Assembly: GCA_947474495.1 (NCBI GenBank)
Contig: CANJIM010000005.1
Coordinates: 27-64,026 of the forward strand
Origin: Rhodospirillaceae bacterium
GTDB lineage: Bacteria > Pseudomonadota > Alphaproteobacteria > SMXQ01
Direction: 5' to 3'
DNA: 64,000 bases
Shown in pieces: positions 35,369 to 44,430 of the stretch (position 1 is its first letter; the number at the start of each line of letters is the position of its first letter). Position numbers and translations under genes: made by a program. The notes beneath the pieces are model-generated. The model was given only the letters and a program-made list of their open reading frames with translations. It was not told where the DNA came from and did not search any database.

Positions 35369-35905
35369 CTAACGGTTCGCCGCCGCGCGCTGCGGCGGAT
35401 CGATCCGGTTGAGGTCGTGGTCGCGAAGATTCCTAAGCATGCGCACCAGCGCATCCCGGAATTGCTGAGCGTCCCGCGAGGCGAAGCCATCGAGCAGGAT
35501 GCGTTCGTAATCTTTGTAGAACACCGGCTGGTTTTGCAGCGCAAGCTTGCGGCCTTTTGCCGTCAGGCTCACCTGTACCGAGCGGGCGTCTTCTGCATCG
35601 CGCTGGCGGCGAATCAGGCCGTTGTCGCCCATGCGGTCCAGCAGGCGCGACAGGGTGGAGATTTCGGCGCCGGTCAGCCGCGCCAGCTCCTTCACCGAGG
35701 CGCTGTCGCGTGACATCAGGCGAAACAGCACGCGCACGCCCTCGATGGTCAGGCCGTAAGCCCGAGCGCGCTTTTTCGCCGCGCCATCCACCAAATTGAG
35801 GATCTCGTGCATGACGAAGGGGATACTGCGCTCGGACTCGTCGATCGGCCGGTCGTCGTCAACCGACGAAGCGCGCGAGGCGGAGAGGCGAGCGGTATCG
35901 GCCAT
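35369..35905 (-). CDS. MarR-family transcriptional regulator
   Basis: Winged-helix core VRVLFRLMSRDSASVKELARLTGAEISTLSRLLDRMGDNGLIRRQRDAEDARSVQVSLTAKG. The start was chosen at MADTARL; the tracked ORF extends to 36013. Confidence 0.8.
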   Translation of the reverse strand: MADTARLSASRASSVDDDRPIDESERSIPFVMHEILNLVDGAAKKRARAYGLTIEGVRVLFRLMSRDSASVKELARLTGAEISTLSRLLDRMGDNGLIRRQRDAEDARSVQVSLTAKGRKLALQNQPVFYKDYERILLDGFASRDAQQFRDALVRMLRNLRDHDLNRIDPPQRAAANR

Positions 35906-36095
35906 GAAATCGGTCGCTGCAAGGTTGGAGAGCGGCGGGTCTTGAAGGCCCGGTTTTGCCGTGGCGCGGACTCTGCCGGGATTTAGTTGCAAACGCAACA
36001 ATTGATTTTGCAAATATTGCGGCGCAGCACGGCGGCCGAGTCATCTACAAGAGTCTGTGGATAAATCCGGGGCGGGTTGCAACAGCCAGCGCGGC

Positions 36096-36863
36096 CTAGA
36101 AAACCGCCGTCCGGATCATGTTGAGCCCGATCACGATCAAGGCGATGAGCAGCACCTTGCGGAAGACCTCTTCGTTGACATGCTGGCGGATATATTGGCC
36201 GGCGAACATGCCGAGGATCACGGGAATGGCAGCGAGCAGCGCCGGCACGATGTGTTCGGCCCGGAAGGTGCCGTCGATCACGTAGAACATGCCGGTCGGC
36301 ACCACGCCCAGCAGGTACACCAGCCCGATGGTGCCGATGAACTCTTCCTTTTTCACCTGCAGGGCGACCAGGAACATGATAATCGCCGGGCCGATGAACA
36401 GGGTCAGGCCGCCGAAGAAGCCGCCGGTCAAGCCGATCAGCACGCTCATCCAGGTCTCGTGGCGCGGCGGCACGGTCAGCTTGGGATTGAACAGGTTAAC
36501 CGACGAGAAGAAGGCGACCGTGGCGCCGACGATGCCGGTCAGCCACATGGGGTCGATGGCGACCAGGGTTTTGCTGCCGAACCAGGCGCCGACGATCACC
36601 GCCAGCATCATCGGCCAGAACCGCTTGAACGCCTGGACGAAATAGCCGCCGCGGAAGGCCTGCCAGATGTTGGTGACCAGCACCGAGACATAGAGGATGG
36701 CGATGGTGTCGCGCAGCGACACGGCGGTCGAGAGCAGCGGCAAGGCCAGCATGGGCAGGCCGACGCCGATCATGCCTTTCACCAATCCGCCGGCGAGCAA
36801 GGCGCCGAAGCAGACGAGAATGGCGATGGTGCCGATTTCTGTGCCGGAGACGGTCAGCGACAT
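36096..36863 (-). CDS. TauE/SafE-family (DUF81) anion exporter membrane protein
   Basis: 255 aa, 7-8 TM. LLAGGLVKGMIGVGLPMLALPLL and GLTGGFFGGLTLFIGPAI are the repeated G-rich motifs typical of the family. Confidence 0.75.
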   Translation of the reverse strand: MSLTVSGTEIGTIAILVCFGALLAGGLVKGMIGVGLPMLALPLLSTAVSLRDTIAILYVSVLVTNIWQAFRGGYFVQAFKRFWPMMLAVIVGAWFGSKTLVAIDPMWLTGIVGATVAFFSSVNLFNPKLTVPPRHETWMSVLIGLTGGFFGGLTLFIGPAIIMFLVALQVKKEEFIGTIGLVYLLGVVPTGMFYVIDGTFRAEHIVPALLAAIPVILGMFAGQYIRQHVNEEVFRKVLLIALIVIGLNMIRTAVF

Positions 36864-36984
36864 GATGCGGGGGACTCATAAGGTGGGGGGATGACGGGGT
36901 ACTCCCGCGATCAGGGGCAGGTCAAGCCCTGCGCGGGGCCATATCCCGAGATGACCCTGCTGCGATAAGGGGTTTATGCGGCGG

Positions 36985-37025
36985 CTATGAATTTTTCTCC
37001 GTTTCGCCAGTCACCTATGAATTTT
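36985..37025. repeat. Direct repeat CTATGAATTTT x2 (30-bp period) upstream of the ferredoxin reductase gene
   Basis: Copies at 36985-36995 and 37015-37025 are identical 11-mers in an otherwise GC-rich spacer, 116-156 bp before the GTG at 37141. Confidence 0.6.
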
Positions 37026-37140
37026 CCACGCGAACCATGTGATGCGAGACGCGTGACGGCATTGCCGCTGTCATGCTAACCACATCGGCATGTTTGGCGG
37101 TCCTGACTGCCTGGATTATTGCGAGCGATAGGGGATTTGA

Positions 37141-38388
37141 GTGGCTGAGCAAGCGGACATCGTTATCGTTGGTGCAGGGCAAGCGGGCGGCCGCGCGGCG
37201 CAGGCCGCGCGCCATGCGCCTTTCGCGGGACGCATCGTGCTGATCGGCGATGAGGCACAGCCGCCGTACGAGCGCCCGCCTTTGTCGAAGGACGTGTTGA
37301 CTGGCGCGACGCCCATCGAAAAGACCTATCTCGGCCCGCTCGAGCAATATGAAGAGTTCAAGATCGATCTGTGGACCGGCACGCGCGCCGAGAAACTCGA
37401 TCCTGCCGCGCATAAATTGACGCTGTCGGGCAAGCATGGCGGCGAAATCACCTACAAGAAGCTGCTGATCGTCACCGGCGGCCGCGTCCGCCATCTGCCG
37501 ACCAAGGGCGCCGATCTGTTCGGCGTGCATTACATCCGCACCATCGACGACAGCCTGGCGCTGAAGCCCAAGCTTGTGGCCGGCGCCAAAGTTGTGGTGA
37601 TCGGTGGCGGCTTCATCGGCCTGGAGACCGCCGCGAGCGCCAAGAAACTCGGCTGCGAGGTGACGATTCTCGAGATGCAGCCGACGCTGCTCGGCCGCGT
37701 CTGCGACAAATGGGTCGGCGATTGGTACGTCGGGCTGCATCGCAAGAACGGCGCGACTGTCATCACCCAGGCGGTGATCGATAGCATCGAGGGTGACGGC
37801 AAGGTCACCGGCGTGCGGCTCGGCGACGGTACCGTGCTGCCGGCCGACATCGTGGTGGTCGGCATCGGCATCATCCCCAACGTCGAATTGGCGACCGATG
37901 CCGGCATCGCCGCCAGCAACGGCATCACGGTCGATGAATTCGGCCATACCAGCGCCGCCGATGTTTATGCCGCCGGTGACGTTGCCAACATCCCCGTCCA
38001 CGTGCATGGCATTCAAGCGCGCCTGGAAACCTGGGCGAACGCGCAAAACGGCGGCATCGCGGTGGCGGGAAATATGGTTGCCGAGTTGAAGGGCGAGGCG
38101 CCCAAACCGTTCATGGACACGCCGTGGTTCTGGTCGGATCAGTATGACGTGAACCTGCAGATCGTCGGCGTGCCGACCGGCTGGGACATGGTGGTCACGC
38201 GCGGAAATCCCGATTCGGGCAAGTTCATGCTGTTCTACTTGCACGGCGGCAAGGTGGTCGCGATCAATCTCTTCAACATGGGCCGTGAAGCCCGTTTCGC
38301 GAAGCAGATCGTGCAGGCCGGGAAAGTGCTGGCCGAAGCCGATCTGGCGAACGAAGCCGTGAAGATGGCGGACCTCGCGAAAGCCTGA
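37141..38388 (+). CDS. FAD-dependent ferredoxin--NAD(P)+ reductase (putidaredoxin/Rieske-ferredoxin reductase type)
   Basis: GTG start with AGGGGA upstream. FAD fold IVIVGAGQAGG, NAD fold VVVIGGGFIGLETA, and YAAGDVA. Confidence 0.85.
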   Translation: MAEQADIVIVGAGQAGGRAAQAARHAPFAGRIVLIGDEAQPPYERPPLSKDVLTGATPIEKTYLGPLEQYEEFKIDLWTGTRAEKLDPAAHKLTLSGKHGGEITYKKLLIVTGGRVRHLPTKGADLFGVHYIRTIDDSLALKPKLVAGAKVVVIGGGFIGLETAASAKKLGCEVTILEMQPTLLGRVCDKWVGDWYVGLHRKNGATVITQAVIDSIEGDGKVTGVRLGDGTVLPADIVVVGIGIIPNVELATDAGIAASNGITVDEFGHTSAADVYAAGDVANIPVHVHGIQARLETWANAQNGGIAVAGNMVAELKGEAPKPFMDTPWFWSDQYDVNLQIVGVPTGWDMVVTRGNPDSGKFMLFYLHGGKVVAINLFNMGREARFAKQIVQAGKVLAEADLANEAVKMADLAKA

Positions 38389-38529
38389 TTCAGCGGTCTT
38401 CGCAGGCTTGTCGTCGCTGACTTGATGTTCATGCGTGGACAATCCCGTACGCTTAAACCCTATTATCAGGGCCATAACCGGTCGCTATAACCGGTTCTTT
38501 CGTTTTCAGGGATCAAGGGGACAAGACCA

Positions 38530-40359
38530 ATGGCGACCCGCAACAAGAAATCGTCCGAAGGCAAGCTGGCCCATGCCGATCGTCCGGCGAAGCTCAGCAG
38601 CAATCGCCGCATGGGGTGGAATTCCGACGCCATCGCCGAATTCGCCCAGCGCCTCGATCTGAAATACATGAGCTTGGTGCCGGGCGCGAGCTATCGCGGC
38701 TTCCATGACTCGATCGTCAATTACCTCGGCAACACCAATCCGCAGATGGTCATCTGCATGCACGAGGAACATTCGGTCGCCATCGCCCACGGTTATGCCA
38801 AGGTCACCGAAAAGCCGATGTTTGTCAGCGTGCACAGCAACGTCGGCCTGATGCATGCCAGCATGGCGATCTTCAATGCTTGGTGCGACCGCGTGCCGAT
38901 GATCATCTTCGGCGCCACGGGCCCGGTCGATGCCGACCAGCGCCGGCCGTGGATCGACTGGATCCACACCGCGCGCGATCAGGGCGCTCTGATCCGCGAC
39001 TTCACCAAATGGGACGACCAGCCGGGCTCGGTGCCCGCCACCATCGAAGCCATTGCCCGCGCGCGCCAGATCACCCTGACCGCGCCGAACGGCCCGACCT
39101 ACATCAACCTCGATGCCGGCCTGCAGGAAGGCAAGCTGACGGGCGAGGTCGAATTCCCCGACATGTCGCGCTATGAGCCGGCTGCGCCGCCGGCCCCGCC
39201 GGCCGACAGCATCGCCGCAGCCGCCGATCTTCTCGTCAAGGCGAAGAAGCCGGTGTTCCTGTGCGGCCGCGTCTCGCGTAGCCAAGAAGACTGGGACAAG
39301 CGCGTCGAGCTGGCCGAGGCGATGGGCGCCGTGGTGCTCACCGACATGCACAATTCCTCGGCCTTCCCGACCGAGCATCCGCTGCACGTCGTCGAGGGCC
39401 GCTTCCGTCCGGCTGACGCCACCAAGCAGGTCATCGAGGCCGCCGACGTGATCCTCGCTTACGACTGGCTCGATCTCGCCGGCTTCCTGACGCAATGCAC
39501 CGGCTCGCCCAACGTCAAGGCGAAGGTCATCAACTGCTCGGTCGATATGTATATCCATCGTGGCTGGAGCATGGATTACCAGGCGCTGCCGGCCGCCGAT
39601 CTCTTCATGCTGTCACCGCCCGACGCGGTGACCGGCCCGTTGCTCGCCGCCATCGACAAGAAGACCAAGGGCGCGCGCTTCAAGACGCCGAAGATGAAGA
39701 TCAAGCTGGCCAAGCCGCCGGCGCCGCCCAAGAAGGGCGCCAAGGACGGCATGAGTCTGCGCGAGATGGCGAGCTGCGTCACCGAGGCGCTGGCCGGCAA
39801 GCCGGTGTCCTACGCCCGCGTGTCGCTCGGCTGGCCGGGCTTCGCCAGCAAGTTCACCGGCCCGATGGATTACTACGGCCATGACGGCGGCGGCGGCGTC
39901 GGCTCCGGCCCGGGCATCGCCATCGGCATCGCGCTCGCCCTGATGGGGTCGGGCCGCATTCCGGTCGCCATCGTCGGCGACGGTGACTTCATGATGGGCA
40001 GCAATGCCCTGTGGACCGCCGCGCGCTTCAAGATCCCGTTGTTGATGGTCGTCGCCAACAATCGCTCCTACTACAACGACGAGACCCACCAGGAGCGGAT
40101 GGCCATCGTTCGCGGCCGCCCGGTGGAGAACAAGTGGATCGGCCAGCGCCTCGACGATCCGGCCGTCGACCTGGCCAAGATCGCGGAGGCCCAGGGCATC
40201 GATTCGGAAGGTCCGATCTGGGAGCTGAAGGACTTGCCGGCGGCGCTTGCCCGTGGCGTCAAGGCGGTCCAGGCCGGCAAGCCCTATGTCATCGATGTCC
40301 GTATCGATCCGGGCTATGCCGAGATCAACATGACCACGGCGAGCCGCAAGAAGGGCTGA
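38530..40359 (+). CDS. Thiamine-diphosphate-dependent enzyme (acetolactate-synthase-like superfamily)
   Basis: The N-terminal PYR domain with the HEEHSVAIAHGYA catalytic-Glu region. TPP-binding motif GDGDFMMGSNALWTAARFKIPLLMVVANN. A possible later start lies at 38611 (MGWNSD). Confidence 0.8.
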   Translation: MATRNKKSSEGKLAHADRPAKLSSNRRMGWNSDAIAEFAQRLDLKYMSLVPGASYRGFHDSIVNYLGNTNPQMVICMHEEHSVAIAHGYAKVTEKPMFVSVHSNVGLMHASMAIFNAWCDRVPMIIFGATGPVDADQRRPWIDWIHTARDQGALIRDFTKWDDQPGSVPATIEAIARARQITLTAPNGPTYINLDAGLQEGKLTGEVEFPDMSRYEPAAPPAPPADSIAAAADLLVKAKKPVFLCGRVSRSQEDWDKRVELAEAMGAVVLTDMHNSSAFPTEHPLHVVEGRFRPADATKQVIEAADVILAYDWLDLAGFLTQCTGSPNVKAKVINCSVDMYIHRGWSMDYQALPAADLFMLSPPDAVTGPLLAAIDKKTKGARFKTPKMKIKLAKPPAPPKKGAKDGMSLREMASCVTEALAGKPVSYARVSLGWPGFASKFTGPMDYYGHDGGGGVGSGPGIAIGIALALMGSGRIPVAIVGDGDFMMGSNALWTAARFKIPLLMVVANNRSYYNDETHQERMAIVRGRPVENKWIGQRLDDPAVDLAKIAEAQGIDSEGPIWELKDLPAALARGVKAVQAGKPYVIDVRIDPGYAEINMTTASRKKG

Positions 40360-40382
40360 GTTCCCGCCGCCCAAGACCGATC

Positions 40383-40420
40383 GGGCCGGGTCCGCGATGG
40401 CGGGCCCGGCCCTTTTCTTT
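40383..40420 (+). terminator. Rho-independent terminator after the TPP-enzyme gene
   Basis: GGGCCGGGTCCGC-gatg-GCGGGCCCGGCCC followed by TTTTCTTT (one mismatch in the stem). Confidence 0.7.
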
Positions 40421-40584
40421 GGCGGCGGCGGTTAAAGCCTTTTTGGCCCGTTTCATTGAGCTTATTGCAGGGAATCGCCGTTGCCCGCGTTTGGGCGAGC
40501 GTTTAGGATGCGCCCCTTGCCGATAGCCCCCTGCGCGTTGCCGGGCCGTTCCCGCCTTGACGGGTTTGGGGCTAAATGCAAAGG

Positions 40585-40606
40585 TATCTAATCATTAGAT
40601 ATCAAT
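40585..40606. promoter_or_regulatory. Operator candidate S1: a 17-bp perfect palindrome TATCTAAT-C-ATTAGATA overlapping TTAGATATCAAT
   Basis: The perfect palindrome is read directly from the sequence. The site shares the 12-mer ATTAGATATCAA with S2 (48783-48794). Its centre is about 135 bp upstream of the Rieske-ferredoxin ATG. Confidence 0.6.
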
Positions 40607-40734
40607 CAAACTAGGGCGCTGGGGGCTCGCGGCTTGTTAGGTCGCGCTGTTTTGGCGTCGGGGGATCGGCTCATCGGAGCCGGCATGACCATGATGGCCG
40701 CCCGGGACGGGCGCCGCAGGAGAGAGAACGTTTT

Positions 40735-41046
40735 ATGGCCCAAGAGCACCGCGTAGCGAAAGTCGGCGACATCGAGGCGGAGTCCGGCAAGCATTTCAAG
40801 ATCGGCGACCTCGAAATCGCCGTATGGAATAACGAAGGCAAGTTCTACGCGACCGACGCGATCTGCACCCACGCATGGGTGTCGCTGATCGACGGCTATG
40901 TCGAGGACGGCTGCGTCGAGTGCCCGCTGCATGCGGGGCGCTTCGAGTTGGCCACCGGCAAGGCGCAGGGCGCGCCGGTGTTCGTCGATCTCAAGACCTA
41001 CCCGCTACGCATCGACGGCGACGATATCGTGATCGAGACGCCGTAA
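40735..41046 (+). CDS. Rieske-type [2Fe-2S] ferredoxin component
   Basis: CTHAWVSL...CVECPLHAGRF (C-x-H ... C-x2-H). 103 aa. AGGAGAGAG RBS. Confidence 0.85.
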   Translation: MAQEHRVAKVGDIEAESGKHFKIGDLEIAVWNNEGKFYATDAICTHAWVSLIDGYVEDGCVECPLHAGRFELATGKAQGAPVFVDLKTYPLRIDGDDIVIETP

Positions 41047-41076
41047 GGCGCCACACTCAACCGCAGGGAGGCGGCA

Positions 41077-41670
41077 ATGAGCGATAAGGCGGCCAATCAA
41101 GCTAAAAAGGGCGGCGCGAAAATTCCGCGCATTCCGTTCGAGGACTTCGAGCCGGGCTTGAAAGAGTCTTTGCGCCCGAAGGTCGAGCGCCTGGGCTATT
41201 GCGGCGAGATCTGGCAGATCGGCGCCAATGTGCCGAAGTCGATGCTGTCCTTCTGCAACATCACCGAAGACCTGAAAGACGAAATACCGATGAAGATCGT
41301 CGAGCTCGTCGCGCTCACGGTCGCCGGCGTGATGGACAACACCTACGAGCGCAATCAGCACGAGAACCTTGCCGACAAGCTTGGCTACGGGCGCGACTGG
41401 ATCGCCGCCGTGAATGCGCTGAAGGCCGACGAGGCCGAGGCGCTGTCGCCCGATGAGCGCAAGATTCAGAAGTTCGTCATTGCCGCGATTTATCGCCGTG
41501 GCCAGGATTGCGGCAAGCTGTTCGACGACGTCGTCGAGGCGGTCGGCCCCAAGAGCGCGACCGGCATCCTGCTGTCGATCGGTCGTTGCGTGCAGCATGC
41601 CATTTTCCGCAACGTGCTCGAGCTTGAGCCGCCGGTGAAGTCGATCTTCGAAAAGGGCCAGGCGGCATGA
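41077..41670 (+). CDS. AhpD-like / carboxymuconolactone-decarboxylase-superfamily protein, paralogue A
   Basis: All-helical 197-aa protein with a VALTVAGVMDNTYERNQHENL block. GGGAGG RBS. The family assignment is tentative. Confidence 0.55.
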   Translation: MSDKAANQAKKGGAKIPRIPFEDFEPGLKESLRPKVERLGYCGEIWQIGANVPKSMLSFCNITEDLKDEIPMKIVELVALTVAGVMDNTYERNQHENLADKLGYGRDWIAAVNALKADEAEALSPDERKIQKFVIAAIYRRGQDCGKLFDDVVEAVGPKSATGILLSIGRCVQHAIFRNVLELEPPVKSIFEKGQAA

Positions 41671-42230
41671 GCGACGTCAAAGGTACAGAGCATCTCGTTC
41701 CGCGCATCGCGTTCGAGGACATCGAGCCGAAGCTGAAGGAGCTGTTCCGTCCGCGTGTCGAGCGGCTCGGCTATCTCGGCGAGTTCTTTCGAGTCATGTC
41801 GGCGCAGCCCGAGACCATGCTCGGCTATTTCACCATCACCGAGAGTTTGAAGAAGGCGCTGCCGGACAACTTCACCGAGATCATCTCGCTGTCGATCTCC
41901 AGCCGCCTCGGCAATCTCTACGAGCAGTATCAGAACGAGCAGCTGAGCCGCAAACTCGGTTTCTCCGACGAGTGGATCCGCGAAGCCCTCGAAGGGCAGG
42001 GCGCTAGCCAGCTGTTCGACGCCAAGGAAAAGGCCGTGCAGGACTACGCTATCGCCGCGGCGCTGCGCTCGGGCCGCGACGTCGAAGCCGAGTTCGAAGC
42101 CTTGGTCAAGGCCGTCGGTCCCGAGCAGGCCATTGCCGTCGTCTGGCTCGTCATCCGCACGGTGTCGCACGCCATCATCAGCAACACGCTGCAGCTGGCT
42201 TCGCCGGTCAAATCGATTTTCGCCGTATAA
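41667..42230 (+). CDS. AhpD-like / CMD-superfamily protein, paralogue B
   Basis: ATGA overlap with paralogue A. It aligns with A along its full length (PRI.FED.EP.LKE..RP.VERLGY.GE ... SPVKSIFA). The equivalent block reads LYEQYQNEQL. Confidence 0.55.
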   Translation: MSDVKGTEHLVPRIAFEDIEPKLKELFRPRVERLGYLGEFFRVMSAQPETMLGYFTITESLKKALPDNFTEIISLSISSRLGNLYEQYQNEQLSRKLGFSDEWIREALEGQGASQLFDAKEKAVQDYAIAAALRSGRDVEAEFEALVKAVGPEQAIAVVWLVIRTVSHAIISNTLQLASPVKSIFAV

Positions 42231-42255
42231 TCAGAAGAAATCTCCAGGAGCCATC

Positions 42256-43263
42256 ATGTCCACGCACGATATCGTCATTCCCGACACCTTTCTGTGGATC
42301 AGCGAAGCCGACGTCTGCTCGCTGATCGACTTGAAGGACAGCATCACGGCCCTGGAAAAGGGCCTGATCATGGAAGCGAATGGCGAAGCCATCAACATGA
42401 CCAAGACGCAGACCGTGTGGAAGAGCGGCAGCCTGAACGTGACAGGCGCCCAGTTCACCGGCGCCGGCCTGGTCGGCGCGAAGGTCTGGTCGAACGCCAA
42501 CCTCGGCGCTGCGCCGCTCATCATCCTGCACGGCTCGGAAGACGGCCAGATCCGTTCGATCATCGAAGCTTTCGCGCTCGGCCAGATGCGCACCGCCGCC
42601 CTGTCGTCGGTCGCCACCAAATGGCTGGCGGATGAGAAGGCCGACGAGATGACCATGATCGGTTCGGGCCATCAGGCCCTGCCGCAGGTCTCCGCCGTCA
42701 TGTCCGTGCGCCCGATCAAGCGCGTGCGCGTGTGGAGCCGCACCCCGGCCAACCGCGCCGCCTTCGTCGCCGACATCAAGAAGGCCTATCCCAAGATCGA
42801 AGTTGTCGATTGCGCCTCGCCGGAAGAAGCGGTGAAGAATTCGCCGATCATCACGACCTTCACGCGCGCCAAAGAGCCCTATATTTTCGCCGACATGCTG
42901 GCGAAGGGCGCCCATATCAACGCCGGCGGCGCGATCATCCCGACCAACAAGGAAATCGACACCAGCGTGCTGATGCGCTGCGACAAGATCATTTGCGACA
43001 ATCTTGCGCAGGTCCAGAAGGGCGCCAAGGAACTGATCGATTATGTGGCGGCCGGCGGCAGCTGGGACAAGGTCAAACCGATTTGTGATCTTGTGAAAGA
43101 GCAAAAACCCCGCCCGGCCGGCGCGGACCTCACTATATATAAGTTCATGGGTATGGGGCTGGCGGACATGGCGTCCGCCGTCGAAGTCTACCAGCGAGCC
43201 GTGGCCAAGAAGGTGGGAACAGACTACCCCCACCCGAAACGCTCGCAGCCGAAACTGCTGTAA
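42256..43263 (+). CDS. Ornithine cyclodeaminase / mu-crystallin family NAD(P)-dependent enzyme
   Basis: ATG at 42256 with GGAG upstream. Rossmann motif MTMIGSGHQA. Family-typical RTAALSSVATKWLA. Confidence 0.75.
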   Translation: MSTHDIVIPDTFLWISEADVCSLIDLKDSITALEKGLIMEANGEAINMTKTQTVWKSGSLNVTGAQFTGAGLVGAKVWSNANLGAAPLIILHGSEDGQIRSIIEAFALGQMRTAALSSVATKWLADEKADEMTMIGSGHQALPQVSAVMSVRPIKRVRVWSRTPANRAAFVADIKKAYPKIEVVDCASPEEAVKNSPIITTFTRAKEPYIFADMLAKGAHINAGGAIIPTNKEIDTSVLMRCDKIICDNLAQVQKGAKELIDYVAAGGSWDKVKPICDLVKEQKPRPAGADLTIYKFMGMGLADMASAVEVYQRAVAKKVGTDYPHPKRSQPKLL

Positions 43264-43289
43264 TCTCTCTCGACGAGACGGAGGAACAA

Positions 43290-44429
43290 ATGCCGTTCGA
43301 TTTTGAACAGAAATTTAAGATGGTGGATGCCTCGGGCCGCCAGACGCCTGACGTCCACACCTGGAAGGACCATTCGATGGACCTCTGGGCGCCGCTCATC
43401 ATCCGCAAGGAAGAGATCGACGCCGAGGTCGAGCGGTTGGCCGCTCTGCCGCGCCCGAACAACGGCGTGCGCCGCACCCAGTTCGTGCATCCGCAGTGCG
43501 AAGAAGGCCTCAAGAGCTTCGCGCCGGGTATCGGCCTGTCGCTCGATGTCCTGTTGCCGGGCGAGCGCACCCAGCGCGTCCGTACCAACTCGTCGATCGT
43601 CAACTTCCCGATCAAAGGCGCCGGCTCGATGATCGTCGGCGACAAGCGCTTCGAGTTCGGCCAGTACGACGTGCTCACCACGCCGTCGATGGCGGTGCAC
43701 GAGTACATCAACGACACCAAAGAGATTCAGGTGCGTCTGCGCTACGACAACGCGCCGCTGCTCGAGCGCCTGAAGATCCATTGGCTCGACGAGAATCCGC
43801 CGGAGCACACCACCGACGTGCATGACGCCAAAGCGGAATACGAGGCCAAAGGCAAGGAATTGCCGCAGAGCCCCTATGGCACCTTCCAGCTTACCGAAGA
43901 CGGCGCCTGGATGATGCCCTACGAGAAGCTCATCAACCCCGAGCCGATCTCGATCACGCCGCACCAGTGGCCGTGGAAGAAGGTCAAGACCGAGCTCGAC
44001 AAGCTTGCCGATCTCGGCGCGAGCTATAAGGGCCGTCGTCTATACCTGCTGTGGGACCCGGCGACGGGCCGCACCAACGGCACCAACCCGAACTTCTTCT
44101 CGGCCATCACGATCCGTCCGCAAGGCATCGTCGATCGCCCGCATCGCCATGCTTCGGCCGCCATCAACTACTACTTCGGCGGCGAGGGCCATTCGGTGGT
44201 GCAGGGCCAGCGGCTCGACTGGAAGGCCGGCGACCTGATGTTCTCGGCGCCAGGCTGGGCGATCCACAACCACGCGACCGACGTCGGCCCCGTGTACGAG
44301 ATGACCATTCAGGACATGCCCTTCTGCATCAACACCGACGCGCTGCTGTGGCAGGAAGACCTTAAGGGTCCGATCTCGCTCCTCGGCTCGCACGCCGGCT
44401 TCGAAACCAACCGCACCAAGGTGGCCTAA
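43290..44429 (+). CDS. Bicupin dioxygenase-like protein (gentisate 1,2-dioxygenase-like)
   Basis: GGAGGA RBS. 379 aa with two cupin barrels (…ERTQRVRTNSSIVNFPIKGAG… and …RPHRHASAAINYYFGGEGHS…). Confidence 0.7.
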   Translation: MPFDFEQKFKMVDASGRQTPDVHTWKDHSMDLWAPLIIRKEEIDAEVERLAALPRPNNGVRRTQFVHPQCEEGLKSFAPGIGLSLDVLLPGERTQRVRTNSSIVNFPIKGAGSMIVGDKRFEFGQYDVLTTPSMAVHEYINDTKEIQVRLRYDNAPLLERLKIHWLDENPPEHTTDVHDAKAEYEAKGKELPQSPYGTFQLTEDGAWMMPYEKLINPEPISITPHQWPWKKVKTELDKLADLGASYKGRRLYLLWDPATGRTNGTNPNFFSAITIRPQGIVDRPHRHASAAINYYFGGEGHSVVQGQRLDWKAGDLMFSAPGWAIHNHATDVGPVYEMTIQDMPFCINTDALLWQEDLKGPISLLGSHAGFETNRTKVA

Positions 44430-44430
44430 C

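Noticed and set aside
33852-38475. Shadow ORFs 33852-35372 (+, 506 aa), 36057-36881 (+, 274 aa) and 37015-38475 (-, 486 aa)
   Set aside because: Each lies antisense to a motif-supported gene (UbiD, TauE, ferredoxin reductase). Each has biased Arg/Asp/Gly/His composition and no RBS.
38474-38505. ATAACCGGT x2 / AACCGGT-cgctata-ACCGGTT hairpin followed by CTTTCGTTTT upstream of the TPP-enzyme gene; I also looked here for a TPP riboswitch
   Set aside because: The stem is only 7 bp and lies about 90 nt after the reductase stop, so it is too weak to call as a terminator or operator. No TPP-riboswitch core (CUGAGA...ACCUGA-type) is present.
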